From an uncultured Peptostreptococcaceae bacterium (GTDB lineage Bacteria > Bacillota > Clostridia > Peptostreptococcales > BM714), in the NCBI GenBank assembly GCA_964644525.1, contig CAZXWC010000002.1, forward strand, positions 41-64,040: a DNA stretch of 64,000 nt. The letters run 5' to 3'. The notes under the pieces are model-generated. The model saw only the letters and a program-made list of their open reading frames with translations, did no database searches and had not been told where the DNA came from. Numbering within the stretch: position 1 is the stretch's first letter; each line of letters opens with the position of its first letter. This document shows, in pieces, positions 1 through 10,075 of the stretch. The translations under genes and the position numbers were made by a program.

Positions 1-1
1 A

Positions 2-193
2 GCCGCATTTTCAATACAAAGAAGGGCAAGTGATTTGGAAACAGCCATTGAAGAAACAAACGAAAACTTGCTTTTTTCGGTGGAACAGATAATAAGGCTA
101 ATGACAACATTTAAAGACAGTCGGATAAGCAATCAAAGAATTGACGATTTAGAGCTTTTGGAAGAAGGAGATTCAAGTGGAGAGGATATTTGA
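2..193 (+). CDS. 3' end of an upstream CDS that runs off the window (product unknown)
   Basis: Frame 2 is open from the window edge to TGA 191-193 (...DDLELLEEGDSSGEDI*). It overlaps the GTG start of the next gene by 17 nt. No recognisable motif. Confidence 0.35.
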   Translation, partial: AAFSIQRRASDLETAIEETNENLLFSVEQIIRLMTTFKDSRISNQRIDDLELLEEGDSSGEDI

Positions 194-869
194 AAGAAGC
201 CTGACTATTATGGTGGCGATTTTGCTTCCACTGGTTTTATTGCTTACAAGCATTGAAATGATTGCTTTCGATGAAAATTTTTACGCACATATGCATGAAG
301 AATTAAATATTAGTGAAACAGTTGGGACCGATTCTGAGGATTTGGCTGAAATAAGCTCAGGCATAATAGCCTATTTGAGAAACCGAACGGATTCGCTTGA
401 CATGGAGGCGGTAATAGGCGGAGAAAGCGTTGAGGTTTTCGGCCAAAGAGAAAAACTGCATATGGTGGATGTAAAGAAGCTTTTTATGGCCGGCTTCTAT
501 TTGAGGAATGTTTTTTTAGCCTTTGTGGTACTTGGTCTTTTCATACTTTATGCCATTGACGGCAGGAAAATGAAAAAGCCATCCAAGGCGATATTTGCAT
601 CGGGCTTTACTGTATTGTTAGCGGCAATAGCCTTTGCTATTATGCTTTCGAGCGATTTTGAAAAGCACTTCATAAGCTTTCACAATATATTTTTTACAAA
701 TGAACTGTGGATATTAAATCCAAAAACAGATGTCTTGATACAGATGCTTCCGCTTGAATTTTTCATAGAGACAGTTAAAAGAACCATATATGCATTTATT
801 ATTCAATATGCATTGCTTTTGTGTTTTGCATTCGCAGCAATGAGGCGGTTAAAAAGAATCATGAAGTAA
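177..869 (+). CDS. Integral membrane protein, TIGR01906/DUF1461-like (Lit-like family, tentative)
   Basis: 230-aa ORF with a GTG start 5 nt after GAAGGAGA. N-terminal TM helix, then 'DENFYAHMHEELN' and several C-terminal TM helices, which matches my memory of this family's layout. Confidence 0.5.
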   Translation: MERIFERSLTIMVAILLPLVLLLTSIEMIAFDENFYAHMHEELNISETVGTDSEDLAEISSGIIAYLRNRTDSLDMEAVIGGESVEVFGQREKLHMVDVKKLFMAGFYLRNVFLAFVVLGLFILYAIDGRKMKKPSKAIFASGFTVLLAAIAFAIMLSSDFEKHFISFHNIFFTNELWILNPKTDVLIQMLPLEFFIETVKRTIYAFIIQYALLLCFAFAAMRRLKRIMK

Positions 870-1611
870 AGACAAGCTTTATGGCCATTGCCACTACGGC
901 GAACGTTAGGATTATCTTTATCCAGCGGTCGCCGTTTTTTACGGCGAAATTGCTTCCGATCCAAGCACCCATGCTGTTGCCCGCTGCCAATGTAAGACCC
1001 AGAATCAAATCGACCTTGCCGTTTGCGGCAAAGACCACAAGTGAAAAAAAGATATATATTGCAACTATAAATACCTTTACGCTGTTTATTTTTACAAGGT
1101 CGTATCCGGTTATCCATGTCAGAGAGGCTATAATTATGAAACCTACCCCGGCTTGGACAATGCCGCCGTAAAGTCCTACAAAGAAAAAAGCGGTTGTTGC
1201 TGCAAGTTTTTTTCTGTATGTCATAGGGGAGATCAGTTCCCTTTGTTTTGCTTTTGGCTTGAAAAGAATAAGCATAAGGACCATTATCATTACACCTGCA
1301 AGCATGCGGTTGAATACTTGGTCAGGTATTTCAACAGCTAGGCTGGAACCCAGTGCAGCGCCAAACACCGCAGGAATGGCCAGCATTAGAACAAGCCGCC
1401 AGTCGAAGTAGCCCTTGCGTTTGAAGTTGGCTGTTGCAGTCGCATTTTGGAACAGAAGCGCCACCCTGTTTGTTCCATTGGCTACAGAAGACGGCAAACC
1501 CATGAAAATCAATGCCGGCATTGTCAAAAGGGAGCCTCCTCCGGCCAAGGTATTCAAGAAACCGGCGCAGATTCCAACCAAAAGAATTATTGTTAAATGT
1601 AAAATGCTCAT
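859..1611 (-). CDS. TauE/SafE (TSUP) family anion permease
   Basis: 250-aa polytopic membrane ORF with Gly-rich TM helices and 'PALIFMGLPSSVANGTN', typical of TSUP/TauE proteins. Confidence 0.8.
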   Translation of the reverse strand: MSILHLTIILLVGICAGFLNTLAGGGSLLTMPALIFMGLPSSVANGTNRVALLFQNATATANFKRKGYFDWRLVLMLAIPAVFGAALGSSLAVEIPDQVFNRMLAGVMIMVLMLILFKPKAKQRELISPMTYRKKLAATTAFFFVGLYGGIVQAGVGFIIIASLTWITGYDLVKINSVKVFIVAIYIFFSLVVFAANGKVDLILGLTLAAGNSMGAWIGSNFAVKNGDRWIKIILTFAVVAMAIKLVFTS

Positions 1612-1826
1612 ATAGCTTCATCCCCTTTATTTGATTCCTTTATACTATACTACAAAGAAAGTCTATCAGTAAAACATATATTGCAATCAAAAAAATCAAG
1701 ATGCAGGATTTTATGCAAGCCTTCAAGCTCAAGCATGCATGAGCTTTTGTCTTGCAATGTGAAGGGAAACAGCTTTGCATTATCGAAATATTACATGACG
1801 GATAATAATTGAAAAAGGGGTTTGCC

Positions 1827-4800
1827 ATGGGAATGAAAATAATCACCGGAAGAGCGGGCAGCGGGAAGACTGATCTTTTGTACGAATTGGCTAAAAACAG
1901 AATAGAGCAGGGCTTGGACACGGTTCTTATAGTTCCGGAGCAATATAGCTTTCAGGCGGAACGCGACCTGGTGGAAAGACTTGACAAGCCTGGAATTTTG
2001 GGTGCTGAAGTATTAAGTTTCAGCCGTCTTGTGCACAGGATTTTGGAAGTAGAAGGCGGACTCGGAACAAATCATATAAGCGACCTTGGAAAAACAATGC
2101 TTCTCCGCAAGGCGTTTGAGGAGAATGGACAAGCTTTCGGAGTATTTAACGGCTCATTTCGGAAACAGGGATTCATAGGCCAATTGAACGATTTTATAAA
2201 TGAGCTCAAAAAGAATGGAATCATACCCTATGAAATTCTTGCAACGGCTGAGGGAATACGTGGACTCGAATTGTTGAAAGGAAAATTGAGGGACATAGCT
2301 TTTGCATATGAATATATGGAGAATGCACTCAAGGAAAAATATTCCGACACATGGGACCTATATGAACTTGCAGAAGAAAAGCTTATGGAATCGGAGAAAC
2401 ATAGAGATACGGTATTTTATGTTGACGGTTTTGCGGGTTTTACAGGACGTGAAAAAAGCCTTGTCAAAGCTCTTTTGAAAAAATCGCAAGACCTTGTTAT
2501 TACCCTTGCGTGCGACACATATGACAATGGAGATTCCAATGTGTTCTCCAACACATTAAGAACCCTTGAAGATGTAAAGACATTGGCAAAGGAAGCAGGT
2601 GCAACATTGTCGATTGAAGTGTGCCAAGCTTCAAGCGATAATGGAGAACTTTCTTTTTTGCGGGATCATTTCTACAGCTATCCCACTGTCGCATATAAGG
2701 GAAAACCGGAAAAAATAACACTCTTTGCCGCAAAGAACCGTTTTTCTGAAATAGAGAATGCCGCAGGCGAAATACTGCGGCTGGCAGATGAAAAAAACTA
2801 CCGCTACAGGGATATGGGAATTATATGCGACATGTCTATCTACGGCGAAGACATAAGAAGAATTTTTGCAGATTACGAGATACCATGCTTTATTGACCGC
2901 AAGAGGGCAATAGCAGGCAGCGCCATGGCGCGATATGTATTGTCGGCTCTTGAGACAATAAAAAGAAACATGAGATACGAGGATGTCTTTTCATTCCTCA
3001 AAACAGGCTTGTCAGAAATAGATAGAGAAACTGTCGAGAAACTGGAAAATCATGTTTTGGCAAGAGGAATAAGGGGGAACCTTTGGAGCAAGCCATTTGA
3101 CGTAGCTAATCTTGAATTTGGAGATGTGCTTGAAGAAGCCCGCATTAAATTGTGGAAGCGTTTCAGTATTTTCAAATCGAAAATGGACAAGGCTGAAAAC
3201 ATAAGTGGATTTGTGCAGGCTCTTTACGAATTTCTTGATTCGGGGGGGGTTGCCGACAGGATGGAAGCATTCGTAGAAAGTTTGATACAAGAAGGGGATT
3301 ATGAATATGCGAGCGAGTATTCCCAAATTTGGAATATACTCATGGAAATCTTTGACCAGCTCATAGAAGTGGGAGGAAATGAAAAGACTGATATCGAGAC
3401 CTTTGTGGAAATATTGAAAGCTGGAATAGAGAGCCACGAAGTCGGCGTAATACCGTCTACAATAGACCAAGTGCTTGTAGGCGGTCTCAAGCGCACCAGA
3501 CCCCACAAAGTCAAGGCCTTGTTTATTCTTGGAATAAACGATCGCATCATCCCTTCCATCGTCGAGGATGCGGGAATAATGCTTGATGAAGAAATAAGGG
3601 TAATGCAGGCAAGAGGTTTGCCGGTTACAATGGATGGGGACACCAGAGTGGGTGAGGAGCGTTTTGCGCTCTACAATGCAATAGCAAAACCGACCGGATG
3701 CATATGGTTTAGTTATGCGCTCGCCGATTCAGAGGGGCAAAGCCTCAGACCGTCAATATTGGCAGGCAGGTTAAAACAGCTTTTTCCTGAAATTGATGAA
3801 ATGGGGGACAATATGGGGTCAAGGCCCGACAGGACTTTCAGGGCTCCAAAAGCAGCATATGGACACGTTGTAGAGGCCATAAGGCGACATATTGAAGAAG
3901 ACAGGCCGATGACTGAAACAGAAAAGGCAATGGCGTGTTGGATAAGAGAATCGCCATATTTTGAAAGCGATTTCAAAACCACAAGCAAGGCCTTGTTTCA
4001 TGATAATAAAGAATGGAAAATGGGTAAGGAAGTCGCGGCAAGGCTTTACGGGTTGCCGCTCCGTTCCAGCAGCAGTCGCATAGAAAGATATTACAGGTGT
4101 CCATTCCAGCATTTTGTAACATACGGGCTCAGGCCTTCTGAAAGAAGAGTCTATGAACTTAAGAGCCCGGAGGTAGGGAGCATCTTTCATGAATCCGTTG
4201 AGACCTTCACTAAAAAAATAGGTGACAGCGGAAAGAATTGGCACAAACTTACGATGGAAGAGGTTGACGGAATAATGAGCTTGGCGGCTCGCGAGACAAT
4301 CGAAGGATGGAGCGACAAGCTTCTCGAAAGCACTGAGCGTTACAAGTATTTTGCAGACAGAATCGAAAGAGTTGCGAAAAAAACAGCTCAAATGGCAGTT
4401 GAACATGTTAAAAAAGGAGAATTTGTACCAAATGCATCAGAAATTGCTTTTGGAGTTGGCAAAGAGATGCCTCCGATTGTACTTGAAACAGCAGACGGAC
4501 AAAAAATAAATCTTGAAGGAAGAATAGACCGAATGGATATTTGTAAAAACGGCGGCAGCCTTTACATAAAGGTTATTGACTACAAATCATATGAAAAGCC
4601 TTTTAAAATAGGAGACACCTGTTACGGTCTGCAGATTCAGTTGCCAGTATACCTGAATGCGGCTATAAGGGCAGCTAAAGACAAAGGAGAAAAAGCAGTG
4701 CCGGCAGGGGCCTTTTATTTCAAGATTGACGATCCCATGGTGGAGGATACGGGTTTAGATGAAAGCGGCATGAAAGCTGAATTCAGGAACAGATTCAAGA

Positions 4801-5222
4801 TGAAGGGAATTGTTCTTCGGGACGAAAAAGTCATCAAGCTTATAGACAGCGGGCTTGATGAAGGGAAAGCATCCGAAATAATTCCGGTTAAACTGAAAAA
4901 GGACTTAAGCCTGGCAAAAGCTGCGGGTTCACTTGAAATAGAAGATTTCGAAAATTTGCTGGAATTTGCTTTGAAAACTGTCGGCGATGCTGCAGAAAGC
5001 ATACTTGAGGGAAAAATGGAAGCTGCACCGTTCAGAAAGGGAGACGAAAAGGCATGCACCTTCTGCGAGTTTTCATCAATTTGCCAATTTGACACGGATT
5101 TGACCGACAACACATACAGAAACCTCAAGCCATTGTCTGAAAAAGAGGCATTGGAACGGATTGGGAAAAGTTTAAAAATATCGAAAGAGCAAAATGAAAA
5201 TGGGGGCGGTAACCGTGGTTGA
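1827..5222 (+). CDS. addB: Helicase-exonuclease AddAB, subunit AddB
   Basis: N-terminal 'ITGRAGSGKT' Walker A. C-terminal Fe-S cysteine cluster and nuclease region ('CTFCEFSSICQFD'). Sits directly upstream of addA. ATG 1827 follows AAAGGGG; the track ORF begins at 1809. Confidence 0.9.
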   Translation: MGMKIITGRAGSGKTDLLYELAKNRIEQGLDTVLIVPEQYSFQAERDLVERLDKPGILGAEVLSFSRLVHRILEVEGGLGTNHISDLGKTMLLRKAFEENGQAFGVFNGSFRKQGFIGQLNDFINELKKNGIIPYEILATAEGIRGLELLKGKLRDIAFAYEYMENALKEKYSDTWDLYELAEEKLMESEKHRDTVFYVDGFAGFTGREKSLVKALLKKSQDLVITLACDTYDNGDSNVFSNTLRTLEDVKTLAKEAGATLSIEVCQASSDNGELSFLRDHFYSYPTVAYKGKPEKITLFAAKNRFSEIENAAGEILRLADEKNYRYRDMGIICDMSIYGEDIRRIFADYEIPCFIDRKRAIAGSAMARYVLSALETIKRNMRYEDVFSFLKTGLSEIDRETVEKLENHVLARGIRGNLWSKPFDVANLEFGDVLEEARIKLWKRFSIFKSKMDKAENISGFVQALYEFLDSGGVADRMEAFVESLIQEGDYEYASEYSQIWNILMEIFDQLIEVGGNEKTDIETFVEILKAGIESHEVGVIPSTIDQVLVGGLKRTRPHKVKALFILGINDRIIPSIVEDAGIMLDEEIRVMQARGLPVTMDGDTRVGEERFALYNAIAKPTGCIWFSYALADSEGQSLRPSILAGRLKQLFPEIDEMGDNMGSRPDRTFRAPKAAYGHVVEAIRRHIEEDRPMTETEKAMACWIRESPYFESDFKTTSKALFHDNKEWKMGKEVAARLYGLPLRSSSSRIERYYRCPFQHFVTYGLRPSERRVYELKSPEVGSIFHESVETFTKKIGDSGKNWHKLTMEEVDGIMSLAARETIEGWSDKLLESTERYKYFADRIERVAKKTAQMAVEHVKKGEFVPNASEIAFGVGKEMPPIVLETADGQKINLEGRIDRMDICKNGGSLYIKVIDYKSYEKPFKIGDTCYGLQIQLPVYLNAAIRAAKDKGEKAVPAGAFYFKIDDPMVEDTGLDESGMKAEFRNRFKMKGIVLRDEKVIKLIDSGLDEGKASEIIPVKLKKDLSLAKAAGSLEIEDFENLLEFALKTVGDAAESILEGKMEAAPFRKGDEKACTFCEFSSICQFDTDLTDNTYRNLKPLSEKEALERIGKSLKISKEQNENGGGNRG

Positions 5223-8200
5223 TTGGACCAGGCAGCAAAAAGAGGCTATAGAAACCAGGGGAAGCCATCTGCTTGTATCGGCTGCGGCAGGTTCGGGGAA
5301 GACTGCTGTATTGGTGGCCAGAATACTTGACATGATGATAAAAGAAAGAATAGACATTGACCAGATGCTTATAGTTACATTCACGCATGCGGCTGCGGCT
5401 GAAATGCGCGAGAAGATACTTGGCGCCCTAATCAAACTTTTGGATGAGAACAAAAGCGACCTGGAAAAGACGGAATTCATCAGAAGACAGATAAACCGCC
5501 TCAACAGGGCGTCGATTCAAACACTGCACGGCTTTTGCATTGAAGTCATAAGAGCAGGATTTCATGTAATTGACGTTGATCCCGAATTCAGAATAGCGGA
5601 CGACCTTGAGAGGAGTATGTTAAGGGACCAAGCGATTGAGGAAATAATGGAAGATTATTATTCTGAAAGAGTTCCCGAATTTCTAAACCTGATAGAGGCT
5701 TTCAGCAACAACAAGGACGACCAAGCTTTCAAAAATACCATAAAAAAATTCCACTCTTTTGCAAAAAGCATGCCTGAGCCCTGGGAATGGATGAAGGATT
5801 CTATCTCTTTATTCGGGCAGCCATACGAGGAATTCAAAAAAGGTGAGTGGATGTCGGAAATAAAGGGACAGCTTGCAATGGAGTTGGATGATATTTATAA
5901 AGAGTATGGAGAACTTGTAAAGACAGCTGAAATGCCAGACGGTCCATCGCCCTATCTGCATGCTTTGGGGTCAGATGGAGATATGGTTGAAAAACTCATT
6001 TTTGCGGCGGAAAAGGATATTGAGGATTACTACCATGTATATTCGAAGGAAGTACTGGAAAATCCAAATCCTGTTTTCGAGAAGTTTAAAGCAATAAGGA
6101 AAGCCGACAAAGAGTCTATGGACATTGAAAAAATTGAAAAAGTAAAGAATGGAAGGAATAAGCTGAAAAAACGCATATTGGATCTTCGGAAAAAATATGT
6201 GGACTGCCAGTTGAAAAAAGCCTATGGGCATATGCGGGAATTAAAGCCGGACATAGAATGTCTGGCATCACTTGTCAAAAAGCTTGATGAAAGGTATCTC
6301 TATAAAAAAGCTGAGAGGCGGCTGATGGATTTCAACGACCTGGAGCATTTCGCTCTGGATATTCTTAAAGATGAACGTATGGCTGGCAGGTTTCGGGGCA
6401 AGTATCGTCAAATATTCATAGACGAGTACCAGGACAACAACAGAATGCAGGAAGCTATAATCGGCATGATTGCTTCGCCAGACAATATATTTATGGTTGG
6501 AGATGTAAAGCAGAGCATATACAGGTTTAGATTGGCCGAGCCGGGCATATTCATTTCCAAATATCTGAAGTATGGTAGAGAAAAAACGGACGGAAAAAGA
6601 ATTGTGCTCAACAAAAATTTCAGGAGCCGTGAGACAATACTCGAAGCAATAAATTTTGTTTTTACAAACATTATGAATGAAAACACAGGAGAAATTCAAT
6701 ATGATAACGATGCCAAGCTGAATCCGGGAAAAGATTTTCTTTCGGAAAGGGCGGAAGCCGTCGAAATACATATGCTTGAAAAGCTCTTTAATGCTGGCGG
6801 TGAAATGTTGGAAGAGGAAATATCAGAGCTTAACCATTCACAGGCTGAAGCCGTATTGACCGCCAGGCTTATTAAACGGCTATTGAATGAAAAAACCTAC
6901 GATGCCGAAATCAATTCCTATCGGCCAATAGAGTATAGGGACATTGTTATACTTTCACGCGCCGCAAAAAACTGGGCCGATGTTTTTTATGAAATTCTGA
7001 GTGAAGAGGGAATACCTGTTTACACCGAAGACAGCGGCGGTTATTTCGACACTCTTGAGATAAAACTCTTAGTTGATCTTTTGAAACTTATTGACAACAG
7101 CAGGCAGGACTTGCCTCTTTTGTCTGTACTTCGATCCCCCGCAGGCGGTTTTTCTATCGACGAAATGACTCAAATACGGTTGGCTTATCAAAGCGGCAGC
7201 TATCATGAAGCCCTATATGCATACATGATGGAAAAGACGGATAAACTTTCAATTAAGATCAACGAATTTTATTCAAAACTGGAAAAATGGAGTAAAAAAT
7301 CGCAATACATGAAACTTGACGATTTTATTTGGACACTTTCAGTTGAATCGGGTTATATGGCCTATATATCGGCAATGCCGGGAGGCATAAGACGCCGTGA
7401 AAACCTGAAGGTTTTGATGGACAGGGCATCAGCACTTTCAAAAGGCACATGCGGAAGCCTTTTTGAGTTCATCAGGTTCATAGAAGATGTATTGAAAAGC
7501 AGAGGAGACATGGACACTGCTGCCGTTTTGGGAGAAAAGGATAATGTTGTGCGCATGATGACTGTCCATAAAAGCAAAGGACTCGAGTTTCCGGTTGTAA
7601 TAATGACTGGAATTGGCAAGAAAATGAAAAGGAACGTTTCCAAAAATGACCTTTTATTGCATAGGGATTTAGGAATTGGACCAAAGCATTACGACATACA
7701 AAAGAGGGTTTACGGAGAGAGCCTGCCGCAAAAGGCAATAAAGCTTCGTTCCTTCAGGGAATCTGTTGCGGAGGAGATGCGCATACTCTACGTTGCAATG
7801 ACAAGGGCTTCGGACAGATTGATGCTTGTTGGGTCTGTTAGAAACGCTGAAAAAGAAATGACCAAGTGGGCAGAAAGCATGACTGACTATTCAATACTTG
7901 ACTCAAATTCGTTTTTAGACTGGATAATGGGCCCGGTTTCGACAATGATGAATGAAACAGACAAACTTGCAGCACAAAACGGAAGGGAAGTTAGGCTTTC
8001 CGGACAAGGGCACAATTGGCGGATCATGATCCATGACAGGTCAACTCTTTCTAAAGGAATTCCTGAAGCATTTGACAACTCGGTGAAAGAACGTGTTGAA
8101 AATCTTGATTTCGAGGCTGACAGGGAATTGATTGATAGGATTGAAAAGACATTGTCGTGGAGCTATACATACGCTCCTCTGGTGGAAATGCCATCAAAAA

Positions 8201-8841
8201 TGACGGTTACCCTGCTTAACAGGTTTGACCCCGGCAAGGAAAATTCAAAGATTGGATTCACATTGCCGGCGCTTTCAAAGGCGCCTGCAGCCCTTTCGTT
8301 AAAAAAAGAAGCGACACCGGCGGAAATAGGGGACATGTACCATGTTGCAATGCGAAACATTGTTTTTGATAGTGAAGTGACCGAAAACGAAAAAGAAATT
8401 GAGAAGCAGATAAATGAAATGATTGAAAAGGACATCCTGGCGCCGGATTCAAGAAAATATATTGACCTTGGCAAAATAAAGGGATTTATAAAATCTTCGC
8501 TGGGCCAGCGTATAATGGCGGCTGAAAATGTCAACAGAGAAGTGCCTTTTGTATTGAGCAAGGGAGTGGAAGAAATCATTGAAGTGGGAAAAACGCTGCG
8601 AGGAAAGGACAAGCTTTTGATACAGGGCATAATCGATTGCTATTTTGAAGAGGATGGGGAATGGGTTCTTCTTGACTACAAGACAGGAAGTTCATGGAAA
8701 AAAGGCTTGGAAAATGCAGCCGACACATACAGAATACAATTGAATGTTTACAGAGAAGCGTTGGAAAAAATTACCTGTAAAAAAGTCAAAGAAGCATATT
8801 TGTTCTTTATTGATGCAGGGGAAGAGGTAAGAATTTTATAA
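5194..8841 (+). CDS. addA: Helicase-exonuclease AddAB, subunit AddA (UvrD-like helicase plus RecB-type nuclease)
   Basis: 'WTRQQKEAIE...VSAAAGSGKTAVLV' and UvrD/Rep helicase motifs ('FIDEYQDNN', 'TVHKSKGLEFPVV'). C-terminal nuclease 'GIIDCYFEE...LLDYKT'. Confidence 0.9.
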   Translation: MKMGAVTVVDWTRQQKEAIETRGSHLLVSAAAGSGKTAVLVARILDMMIKERIDIDQMLIVTFTHAAAAEMREKILGALIKLLDENKSDLEKTEFIRRQINRLNRASIQTLHGFCIEVIRAGFHVIDVDPEFRIADDLERSMLRDQAIEEIMEDYYSERVPEFLNLIEAFSNNKDDQAFKNTIKKFHSFAKSMPEPWEWMKDSISLFGQPYEEFKKGEWMSEIKGQLAMELDDIYKEYGELVKTAEMPDGPSPYLHALGSDGDMVEKLIFAAEKDIEDYYHVYSKEVLENPNPVFEKFKAIRKADKESMDIEKIEKVKNGRNKLKKRILDLRKKYVDCQLKKAYGHMRELKPDIECLASLVKKLDERYLYKKAERRLMDFNDLEHFALDILKDERMAGRFRGKYRQIFIDEYQDNNRMQEAIIGMIASPDNIFMVGDVKQSIYRFRLAEPGIFISKYLKYGREKTDGKRIVLNKNFRSRETILEAINFVFTNIMNENTGEIQYDNDAKLNPGKDFLSERAEAVEIHMLEKLFNAGGEMLEEEISELNHSQAEAVLTARLIKRLLNEKTYDAEINSYRPIEYRDIVILSRAAKNWADVFYEILSEEGIPVYTEDSGGYFDTLEIKLLVDLLKLIDNSRQDLPLLSVLRSPAGGFSIDEMTQIRLAYQSGSYHEALYAYMMEKTDKLSIKINEFYSKLEKWSKKSQYMKLDDFIWTLSVESGYMAYISAMPGGIRRRENLKVLMDRASALSKGTCGSLFEFIRFIEDVLKSRGDMDTAAVLGEKDNVVRMMTVHKSKGLEFPVVIMTGIGKKMKRNVSKNDLLLHRDLGIGPKHYDIQKRVYGESLPQKAIKLRSFRESVAEEMRILYVAMTRASDRLMLVGSVRNAEKEMTKWAESMTDYSILDSNSFLDWIMGPVSTMMNETDKLAAQNGREVRLSGQGHNWRIMIHDRSTLSKGIPEAFDNSVKERVENLDFEADRELIDRIEKTLSWSYTYAPLVEMPSKMTVTLLNRFDPGKENSKIGFTLPALSKAPAALSLKKEATPAEIGDMYHVAMRNIVFDSEVTENEKEIEKQINEMIEKDILAPDSRKYIDLGKIKGFIKSSLGQRIMAAENVNREVPFVLSKGVEEIIEVGKTLRGKDKLLIQGIIDCYFEEDGEWVLLDYKTGSSWKKGLENAADTYRIQLNVYREALEKITCKKVKEAYLFFIDAGEEVRIL

Positions 8842-8848
8842 TAATGAT

Positions 8849-9796
8849 TCATATGTTTCTGCCTTGCCCTGTTATTTTCACAGCATTGCCTTCTGCATTT
8901 AAATTTTCTATTGCAGCTTCCTTGCTTTCTGCAGCCTCAGCCATTGTGAAGCTGTATATTCCGCCGATTACAATGATTCCCCCTAATATGCGGGTGATAG
9001 TGGGCATTTCCCCAAGAAGGATAATTGCAAATATGGTTGCAAGGACCGGTTCTCCGAGAATGGCGGTGGAAACAAAGGTTGATTTTACATGACCAAGACC
9101 CCAATTGAAGATTGAATGGCCAAGAAGAGTGCAAACAACTGCCAAAGTCATGAATATTGCGAGTTCTTTCATTGGGTATCCGGTCAATGTTGTGGATGTT
9201 GCCAAAGACATGAAAAAGAGAGTTATTGTGCATGTAGCATAGACTATGAAGGTGTATGCAGTAACGGAAAGGTTTTTCCTTGCATACCTACCTATCAGCA
9301 TGTATGCCGCTACAGTAACAGCCCCAACAACAGCCAGGAAATCTCCGTAAAGTATATTGCTGCCCATAGATGAATCCCCAAGGGAGATTATTACGCTTCC
9401 GGCTATTGCTGCAAGAACGCTTAGAATGGACCTGAGCGATGATTTTTCACGATAAATCAAATAGCTCCCTATAACAACGAATACGGGCTGAGTGTTTACA
9501 AGTACCGTAGAACTTGTTATAGAAGTGTATTTTATTGAACTTATCCATGATGCAAAGTGCAAGGCAAGAAAAATGCCGCTTAATATGCAAAGCATTAAGG
9601 TTTTAATGTCTAGTCCTTTGAGTTCATAAATGTGTTTGGCAAAAAAGACGGGAGCAATTAGCAGCACCGTGAAGCCAAGGCGGTAAGTCGCTATTGCAAG
9701 CGAAGGGGCTTCTGATATTCTTGTGAGTATTGAAGAAAACGATGTGAAAAAGACTCCTATTAGAATTATTATTTTGGGGTTTATTTTTTTTTGCAT
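8849..9796 (-). CDS. EamA/DMT family transporter
   Basis: Ten-TM type ORF with duplicated EamA-like halves. The internal ATG at 9796 is preceded by GAAGGAGAA; the track ORF extends to 9847. Confidence 0.8.
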   Translation of the reverse strand: MQKKINPKIIILIGVFFTSFSSILTRISEAPSLAIATYRLGFTVLLIAPVFFAKHIYELKGLDIKTLMLCILSGIFLALHFASWISSIKYTSITSSTVLVNTQPVFVVIGSYLIYREKSSLRSILSVLAAIAGSVIISLGDSSMGSNILYGDFLAVVGAVTVAAYMLIGRYARKNLSVTAYTFIVYATCTITLFFMSLATSTTLTGYPMKELAIFMTLAVVCTLLGHSIFNWGLGHVKSTFVSTAILGEPVLATIFAIILLGEMPTITRILGGIIVIGGIYSFTMAEAAESKEAAIENLNAEGNAVKITGQGRNI

Positions 9797-10037
9797 GTGT
9801 TTTTCTCCTTCTTTACTTTCTGAATTATATTGTATATCAAAAAGCACGCTATTTGTAATCTGAAAGTGTTTAAAATCAAAAACAAGGGTATCAAATCGTT
9901 AAAAGGTCATTTGTAGCCGGTTTATGCCTGTTTTTATGAATGTATTAAAAAAGTTGGACGGTGTTATCTGTTAAGTATAATCATACAGTAAGGATTTTGG
10001 CTGTTTGCATATGTGCTTTTTTTTATTTGCAACCATG

Positions 10038-10046
10038 TGCTATAAT
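10038..10046 (+). promoter_or_regulatory. Candidate extended -10 promoter (TGcTATAAT) for prdR
   Basis: TGCTATAAT sits 30 nt upstream of the prdR ATG. No good -35 element. Confidence 0.3.
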
Positions 10047-10075
10047 ATCCGTAATATAAAAAAGGGGGCGTCTGC

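Noticed and set aside
1640-1921. 93-aa minus-strand ORF spanning the tauE-addB intergenic region.
   Set aside because: It overlaps the addB start. It is Cys/Ile/Phe-rich low-complexity sequence with no RBS, so it is likely spurious.
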